DNA from: Epithemia pelagica
Lineage: Eukaryota > Protista > Bacillariophyta
Direction: 5' to 3'
Assembly: GCA_946965045.2 (NCBI GenBank)
Contig: OX337236.1
Coordinates: forward strand, 1,798,001-1,862,000
Length of the DNA: 64,000 nucleotides
Part shown: positions 54,247-61,463 of the stretch, piece by piece
Layout: the number at the start of each line of letters is the position of its first letter
Numbering within the stretch: position 1 is the first letter of the stretch
The notes under the pieces: generated by a model
What the model was told of the DNA's origin: nothing
The model's database searches: none
The model's input: the letters and a program-made list of their open reading frames with translations, nothing else
Program-made: the position numbers and the translations under genes

Positions 54247-57200
54247 ATGTCTGAACCTATGGGAGATCCCTCGGACAAGATGGATTCTCTTCCCACCCAG
54301 GCCACTGACAAGACATCCAACAAGAAGACTCCTCCATCGAAGACCAAAGGTTCAAAGAAGAAGTCATCGTCTTCATCCAAGAAGCCTTCCTCTTCCTCTT
54401 CCAAAAAGACCACTCCCCCAACAATCAAGATGAAGCCATCAGCACTTGAAGCCCGGAAAGAGATTGTTGAGAAGGAAAGGGCTCCAGCCAAGCAAGCCAG
54501 GGACGAGCAATATCAGCAAGAGAAGCAGCTTGTACCTCTTCTGGAACGTCCCCATCCCCTGATATTTGAGTCCAACTGCTCTCCATACTGGAAGTGGGCC
54601 CTACACATTGACTGGATGAAACTCGAGAAGTATATTCTCGAGAACGAAGGCAATATCCCCCAATATTCCGGCCTCATTAAACTGATACAGGATTTTGCTT
54701 CTACTACACTTCTTGGTCCAAATGACAAGATCGAAAACGCCACATCAACAAAAAGCAAGAATGCCGCCTTTGTGGAGAAGTATCAGAAAGTCAGCCGGTG
54801 GATTGTTCTTTGCCCGTTATGCTTTTATTCCAACGAAAAGTCTTTGGATCAAGCTGCATTGCGGTGTGGCAATAAAACTGGGAGGACGTCCAATATCATG
54901 ACTCATCGAAAAAACCATCACAAGAACGTTGTATTTGAGGATGAGACAGCACCAAGCAACCAATCAACTCTGTCTTCTTTCCGAGTAAAGACCACTACGA
55001 AATCACAATCATCTCAGCAACTACAGAAGCTGATCTACCAGTTCGTCAATGATTGCTGCCTACCAGCGATCACAGTGGAGAAACCTCAGTTCCGCGACCT
55101 TATCCGTTTCGCTATTAAAAATGCTCCCGCGCTGAAAGATTCTTCAGCAGAAATTATGAGCAGACGGCAGATAACAAAAATTCGCTTGGACTCCTATCAA
55201 GGCTTCTTTGACATTGTCTCTGGTCTCATTACGCGGGTGCGTGCGGAATACAACCGTCTTTGCCTACAAGACATTCCATTTGTCACGGTCTGCCATGACA
55301 TCTGGCAGGCCAAAGACCATGATGTCTTAGGCGTTACAGTAATGTTCATCGATCCAAGGAACTGCAAAATATATCGCATTCCCATTGGGCTGGCGGATTG
55401 CGAGGGCCATGCAGCAACCGATGTGGCAAATCTCACCGAGACCCTGCTTCTAAGTGTGACACTCACAAAAAAAGATCTCTGTGCCTCAGTGAACGACAAC
55501 ACGACGGCTGCTGTACTTGCCGGAAAGTACATTGTCGGGACCGACCGTGCTGGCAAATGTGACATGCACAAGGCAGAGTTAGTGCTGAAGCATGCTACCG
55601 GTCTCGTGCAACGCTACCAAAACCGGATTCTGATGGATTCTAATCCCTCCTTTATTGAATTCTGGTCTATATTCAAGAAGTTTTCAGCATGGTTGACGAG
55701 TAGCAAAGCACCTTGTCGGTTTCAAAATTTCCGAGAAAACTGTGAATCCTATGGATGTCAAGTGATCAAGATTCCCCTACCAAACGATACAAGGGTTGGT
55801 GGTATTGTTCTCTCGTTGGAAACCCTTGCTCGACTGAAGTGGGCAATGGATCAATACGCACTTCTTGCCGCTGGGAGTGATCCCAAATTTGCCAAACTAT
55901 ATCCCAGCGAAGAGGATTGGCAATTATTGTCACAGTACGAGGGTATTCTATCGCCACTGAAACAAGTGGCGATGACACTACAATCAGATGCTCCTGGTGC
56001 AAGCTCGGCCGCTTTACTCGAGATTTTCTGTTCATACTTTCAAGCCACAACCATGAGCCTTCCTCCAAATGGAGAAAATAGTGGAGTTTCTTGCATCAAA
56101 CTAGCAAAAGGCAGTCCGGATCAATGGGATGCTCGGCTTTCGATAGATGATCTAGACACCTTTCGAGACACAGTTGAATTTGATGACCTTTTGCCAGGAC
56201 CCCGACTACTGGTCCGTCGCATTATATCAGAATATAAGCACTACCTTGTCCACCGTGATCATGATGGACTAAAGGCTGTTTGTTGCAATCCTCTATTGGC
56301 AAACATCTACGAAAACATGTTTGTCAATTTTGGTATTTACAACATGGACACTGTCAAGGAAGGTCGAAGAATAATTATACAGGACATGGTGGACAAGTTC
56401 AGCAACACGCGGGTCTCTACGATCGGTGCAGCAATGGCCGCCCAATCCAACACAGCAAACAAACCTGCCAACAAACCTGCGACACGGTCTTTCAATTTGA
56501 CTGCTGAAGACGACTCACAGACGAATAACAAAACAACTAAGCGCAAGACCAAGAATGTTTTCGCCAGCATGCGCAAGTCCCATGACTTGCAGCAACAGGT
56601 GCTCCTGCACTTGAGTGGAAGAGCTTCGGACGCCGCCTCTGATCAGGAGAAAATGCGAGCCCTTAAGAAGACATGCACTACCTGCTATGACGATTTTCGG
56701 AAGAACTGCGAAAATCATATTGACAATCATTGGGAAAGTATAATTTGACAATATAGTACGGAGGAGTTTGAGAAAGTTTCGAAGAAGTGGGACGATGATG
56801 AAACTGAAGAGTTCAAAGAGAATTGTGTCAATAGGAACTACCTGGAGATTGGCAAGTACTTCGATCTCCTTGGTTGGTGGAGGGCCCATTCCATGATGTT
56901 CCCCTACTTGTACCCAAGTGCCATCATATGGCTAGCGAAGCCAGCCACCAATGCCTTCCAAGAACGCATCTTCTCAATTGGTACATGGATGCACCAGAAC
57001 AAGTTAATGAGAAGGGCCCACAAGAAAACCAACGAGATGCGCACAATGGAATGTGTCAACCGGTCCTTGTTGGAAGAAATCAAGAAGACTGAGATTGACA
57101 TTGCGAATGGAGTGTCGGTTAGTAACTCTTATGTTCAGCCTCCGAAAGCCAAGGATAGTCCTGTATTGGAAGCAGCTACTCAGCAAAAACAAGTTCAACT

Positions 57201-58197
57201 GTCGGCTGTTAGAGAGAATGCCAATGGGTTGGCATCCTACGAACTATCGTTTGACCATGAAACCCACTTGATGGAAGATCCCGCCGTGATAATGACGTTT
57301 CTGGAAACCTTTCCTGAACGGGACAGCTCAGGAAAGGTTCTCGCCGGGACAGAATGGGACGAGTCTGGTAGAGTTATTCTCAAAGGAGAAGAAGATGGAG
57401 AAGAAGATGATGACAAGGCCGGTGATCCTCCGGTAGGAAACCCACCCAGCAAGGGTGTGGACACAGTAAATGACAAAGATGCAACAGAGGCCGTCCAAGG
57501 ACTGTCCGACGGTAAGAAAAAAGCTGCCCGTCCCACGAAACCGAGAGAATTTGTCGCAAACCGTATCGTACATGTGCGCATTAAAGCACGTCATGAAGAA
57601 AACTCGGAAGATGAGTCCGATGATAAGTCAGAACCCGAGGAAGACAGTGACAAGATGTTGCAATGTCTCATGAAGAAAGGGATCGACAATCCACAGGCTG
57701 ACATGGACCGAAAGGAAGTAGAGGATGAGTACAACGACGACCTGGACAGAGACAAAGACCATAATACTGTTGTGGATGTCGAAGAAGAAGATGAAGAAGA
57801 AATTGTCGTTATAGAGACTCCGCCCAAAGAAAGTGGAAGGCCCAAAGAAAGTGGAAGGACGAAAAAGTCTATGAAGAACAAGAATGCAGAGCCCAGTACG
57901 AAGAAAAGGAAGCAATCAAAGATAGTTCCCCGAAAGGGAATTAGACAATCGCCACGACAGAAAAAATCGAAGACCTCAAAATCCATGGATAGCCAAGGGC
58001 ATTCGGGGAAGAAAACCAGTCGATCCTTGGCTGCGAGTTTGGAAACAGCCAACACAGGGGAGAAAGACGGACAAGTACAAGACAGGAATGAAGGAAGCGA
58101 AGGAGAGAACGAGAGCAGGGATGGAACTGAGGAAGGAGAAGACAATGGCGAATCCGCATTCGAAAATACTGACGACGATGGAGACTCGTCAGCGTAG
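54247..58197 (+). CDS. hAT transposase (BED finger + DDE RNase-H fold + C-terminal dimerisation domain), interrupted by one in-frame TGA at 56746-56748
   Basis: BED-like WIVLCPLC...TSNIMTHRKNHH; VEKPQFRDLI; catalytic CHDIW, VNDN; CDMH (CxxH); PNDTR; WWRAH...PATNAFQERIFS. ORFs 54247..56748 and 56893..58197 share one frame with no other stop. Confidence 0.9.
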
Positions 58198-58242
58198 TAA
58201 ATGTCAAGAAAGAATACATGTGATATGCAAGCAACTATTTAA

Positions 58243-59127
58243 TTATTTTAACGGACGATACTTATTAATCATAGTCTTGACCTTTTGGAACATATCGGCA
58301 TCCAAGTGAAGGGTTTCTCCAAGTCTTGTCAATAGAATACCACGGCCAACAATTGTGTTTGAATGTTGTCCAAGCGCCCCAAAAAGAGGATTCACAAGTG
58401 ACCATTGATTGTGAGGGACCCAGGCCTCAAGATACTTGGAGACCGTAAGTCCAGTATGTTTCGGGAAGGTCCAGCCGAGAAAAGCAGACCATTTGATTAC
58501 ATGAATATCCGCAGGGATTCCATCAACGCGTCCAAAGGCAGCTTCTAAAATAATGCATGCCGTCTTGTAGCCAATGCCATGTAGCGTCGTCAGTTCGTGG
58601 ATTGTTATGTCTCTTGGGATTACTCCATTATGCCTTTGGATGAAGTAGTCCGCAGCATTAACAATGCGTTCCGTGTTTGCATAGAACCTACCAGATTCGG
58701 AAAGAAGGGAAAACATTGCGTTCATGCCGAATTGTTGAGCAATGTCAATCACACTCGTTGCAGAAATCATGCCACAAGCAAAAATCCGTGGCATGATTAA
58801 GCTCAATTGCAAATCGGAAGTGCTTGAACTCATGCAGATTGTCATTAGTACCATGAATGGTCGGTTGGCAAATGGCTGGTTAACATGATTGTCAATCCAG
58901 GATTCCCAGTTGTCACGTTGTGACACCAAACCAGATAATTTCAATTGTTGGTGAAATTTGATCATCTGGTTGATTTCCTTGATTTGTCTTTCTTTGATTG
59001 TTGTTGGAATGGGGGGAACATGAACTTCCAATGACGACGGACTGATGTCTTTGAGTTTTGGAGGAGTGCCTGGCTGGTGATTACTTGCAGGATATTGTAT
59101 TTTTGTTTTCGATCTGGAGGCCAGCAT
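58243..59127 (-). CDS. Endonuclease III (Nth)-like HhH-GPD DNA glycosylase, cargo of the hAT element; no 4Fe-4S motif
   Basis: PFMVLMTICMSSSTSD, QRHNGVIPRD, HhH LTTLHGIGYKTACIILEAAFG with catalytic Lys, GIPADIH with catalytic Asp, LGW...LEAWVP...VNPLFGALGQ all align by eye with Nth/NTH1. The reading frame stays open upstream to about 59285. Confidence 0.88.
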   Translation of the reverse strand: MLASRSKTKIQYPASNHQPGTPPKLKDISPSSLEVHVPPIPTTIKERQIKEINQMIKFHQQLKLSGLVSQRDNWESWIDNHVNQPFANRPFMVLMTICMSSSTSDLQLSLIMPRIFACGMISATSVIDIAQQFGMNAMFSLLSESGRFYANTERIVNAADYFIQRHNGVIPRDITIHELTTLHGIGYKTACIILEAAFGRVDGIPADIHVIKWSAFLGWTFPKHTGLTVSKYLEAWVPHNQWSLVNPLFGALGQHSNTIVGRGILLTRLGETLHLDADMFQKVKTMINKYRPLK

Positions 59128-59216
59128 TATAATCTTGGTGATTAGATTGTTCCTTGATCGTGTAGCATAGGAATGTATAGGAGAATGAATGTGTTTTCGG
59201 ATTGATGATTCGTTCG

Positions 59217-60089
59217 TTATCCTTTTCTTGTCGGGTAACTTGTTTTCCTTTTTTTGGATCGGGAAGTAACCAATTCGTGATTTGCATTAGGAGAGTCGTT
59301 TGGGGCCGGGCCAGGAGAATCATTTGGTGGGTCTTTATTACGGAAAAGCGTACTTGGGGAAGTACAGTGACATTCATGCGATTCTGTGGATACAGAAGCT
59401 TTGGTTGGAGAGTTGGAATGGTTGTATTGAATTTCCATTTCTTGTAGATATGGGGATATGCAGATTGGAATACATTCCTCATCGTACGAGTCTTCTTCAC
59501 AGCATTGCCGAATAACGTATTCGTTGGTGAAGTTTTGTGCGGATTGTTTGCAGTGAAAAACAACCGTGGTGCGATTCAACCATGAAAGAAGAATGGCTTG
59601 AACACTGGCAGTCGGGAACTCCTCTTTGCATTGTCGAGTGTAATCTAAACATTGCTGGAAAAGGGGAGACCGGTTAATTGTTATCTTTGGAGTGCATCGA
59701 ACCACAAGGAAAAGAAGACTCAAATCATTCGACACGGAGGGAGATAGAATGTGTTCTTGGAAGTCTGATGGAGAAATTGTGGTCGGATGGTCGTAGATAC
59801 ACCGAACAACAATGCAACAGCACAGTTCCAGACGGTGTGTGAATTTTAAAGCAGACAGTAAGCAAGCGTGTGTTGTAGAGCTTTGTGTATTGTCGTCTTC
59901 AAATACAATGTGCCCTTGGTGTCGAATGAGCCATGCAATGGTATGCCGTTTAACCCAAGTAAGCAGTTGTAAGCGGGAGATGCCTTCGTGGGGACTGACA
60001 AGGTACTCTTGAATTGCTTTGTAATACGATGCATTACAATGAAGGATGTACTTGATGTTGCATTCGGATTTACATTCAAGAAAGTTCAT
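59217..60089 (-). CDS. Cys/His-rich unknown ORF inside the hAT, probably the N-terminal half of the glycosylase gene (frameshift)
   Basis: 290-aa ORF overlapping the open glycosylase frame; one extra A in the A7 run near 59249-59255 would fuse the two. Confidence 0.55.
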   Translation of the reverse strand: MNFLECKSECNIKYILHCNASYYKAIQEYLVSPHEGISRLQLLTWVKRHTIAWLIRHQGHIVFEDDNTQSSTTHACLLSALKFTHRLELCCCIVVRCIYDHPTTISPSDFQEHILSPSVSNDLSLLFLVVRCTPKITINRSPLFQQCLDYTRQCKEEFPTASVQAILLSWLNRTTVVFHCKQSAQNFTNEYVIRQCCEEDSYDEECIPICISPYLQEMEIQYNHSNSPTKASVSTESHECHCTSPSTLFRNKDPPNDSPGPAPNDSPNANHELVTSRSKKRKTSYPTRKG

Positions 60090-60189
60090 GATTTGGTGCT
60101 GTGGGTCGCTGCTGTGAAATGGTAAGGCAAGGGGGGAAGAGGTCGCTGTCCATTTTCTCTGTGTTGTATGTAGTATGTCGTAAGACTCT

Positions 60190-60535
60190 ATAGTGGTGAC
60201 TTAGTCATCAATAGTCATGACTATGGAGAGAAATTTAGTAAATCATTACTCAGTGAGACGAGGTACTTTAGTCGTAAAGTATAGTCATAGGATGACATGA
60301 CGGTGATTAGTCAATGGTAGTAAAGACACTTACTAAGAGATGTATGACTCTAGTACTGTAGTGAAGTAGCCTCTAATATGGAGGAGGACTATAGTCAATA
60401 AGTCAAGTAGTTATCAGTTGGTGAAATGACTAAGAGTAATTCAGTAAGTCGATGAGGTGAAGTGTAGGGTACTTGATAGTATCTAGTAAAGGAACTAGAT
60501 GCTAAGATCATGATAGATAGTCAATTAGTCATAGA
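60190..60535. repeat. hAT subterminal short repeats (TAGTCA/TGACTA)
   Basis: Many copies of TAGTCA/TGACT at the right end, and TGACTA copies at 53180-53210 at the left end. Confidence 0.65.
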
Positions 60536-60686
60536 AAATTCATTATGTCATTACTACACAACCCTGGTTCTTGTTCTTTGCACTTTGCAGTTGGGAGTTG
60601 GGAGTGCAGTAGCTTGCTAAAGATGTCGATGATAACATTATGAGCTTAGGTCTAAAGCGAAGTGTGAGACGTGATACGGGTTTGAC

Positions 60687-60763
60687 GCATGTCTGAAGTG
60701 CAGGTCTGCGCATGTTCGAGGTGCAGGTCTGCGCATGTCTGAGGCGCAGGTCTGCGCACGTCT
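60687..60763 (+). repeat. 3.3 x 23-bp tandem repeat (gcatgtctgaggtgcaggtctgc consensus)
   Basis: Units start at 60687, 60710, 60733, with a partial unit at 60756. Confidence 0.85.
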
Positions 60764-61463
60764 CGCATTAGAGCATGTTTCACATTGCAGGGAGACGTCG
60801 AGCGTCGAGCCTAAAATCTTCTTCACCTACTCGTATTCCTTCCTTACTCCTTGGCCTTACTCGCCTTACAGCAGCTCGGGTTGTTCAGAGATTCTCGCTC
60901 GTCGTACTCGTATGTAACTACTCGTACTCCTATCTAGAGCATCGTGTCTCGCTCCAAGTAGATAAAACACCATAGCAGCGTACACATCCAGAAAAAAACA
61001 GAAAGCATCTCTAATCTCTACCCTTCTCTACACTTCGTATTATTTCTGTTTCCTGTCGTGGTCGTTGGTCTATCTGTTTGGGGTTTGGGATCCAACTATT
61101 CTTACGGATATACTCTATCAAGGAAAAGCGGCGCGATCGGTAGGTAGAGTGGTGGCACCATTTTAGAACGAACCACGACACTGACACTCTTCCTCTCCTA
61201 TCCTGTTGATCTTGCGTGGACGTGGACCTGGACCCCAGAGGACCCCGCCCCCATTCCCTACTCCCTACTCGTACTCGTAATCTCCTAGGTAGTTCAGGCA
61301 CTTTCAAAATCTGTTGGGTATGTTTTTATCGTTGGGTTAAGGAGCAATAATAATTATTTAAGCCACCCAAAGACGGGGCAGCCAAGAGTACGCCCCTAAA
61401 ATGGACCCCCTAAACCTTCCCTTATATCTAAACTCATCGAAGAGATGACAAGTCCGATCGACG

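Larger units (their letters stand above)
53139..60566 (+). mobile_element. Complete hAT-superfamily DNA transposon, 7428 bp, with cargo gene
   Basis: Perfect 15-bp TIR CAGGGTTGTGTAGTA (53139-53153) / TACTACACAACCCTG (60552-60566); identical 8-bp TSD GTTCTTGT at 53131-53138 and 60567-60574; internal hAT transposase. Confidence 0.95.

Noticed and set aside
56738-56834. Intron removing the transposase TGA (GTATAA...CAATAG)
   Set aside because: At 97 nt it would shift the frame. The frame-preserving acceptors nearby lack pyrimidine tracts, and the sequence reads as plausible protein.
58243-59127. Calling the cargo a DEMETER/ROS1 orthologue
   Set aside because: It lacks the 4Fe-4S cysteines and the RRM/permuted CXXC region and aligns by eye with compact Nth; 5mC activity is only a hypothesis.
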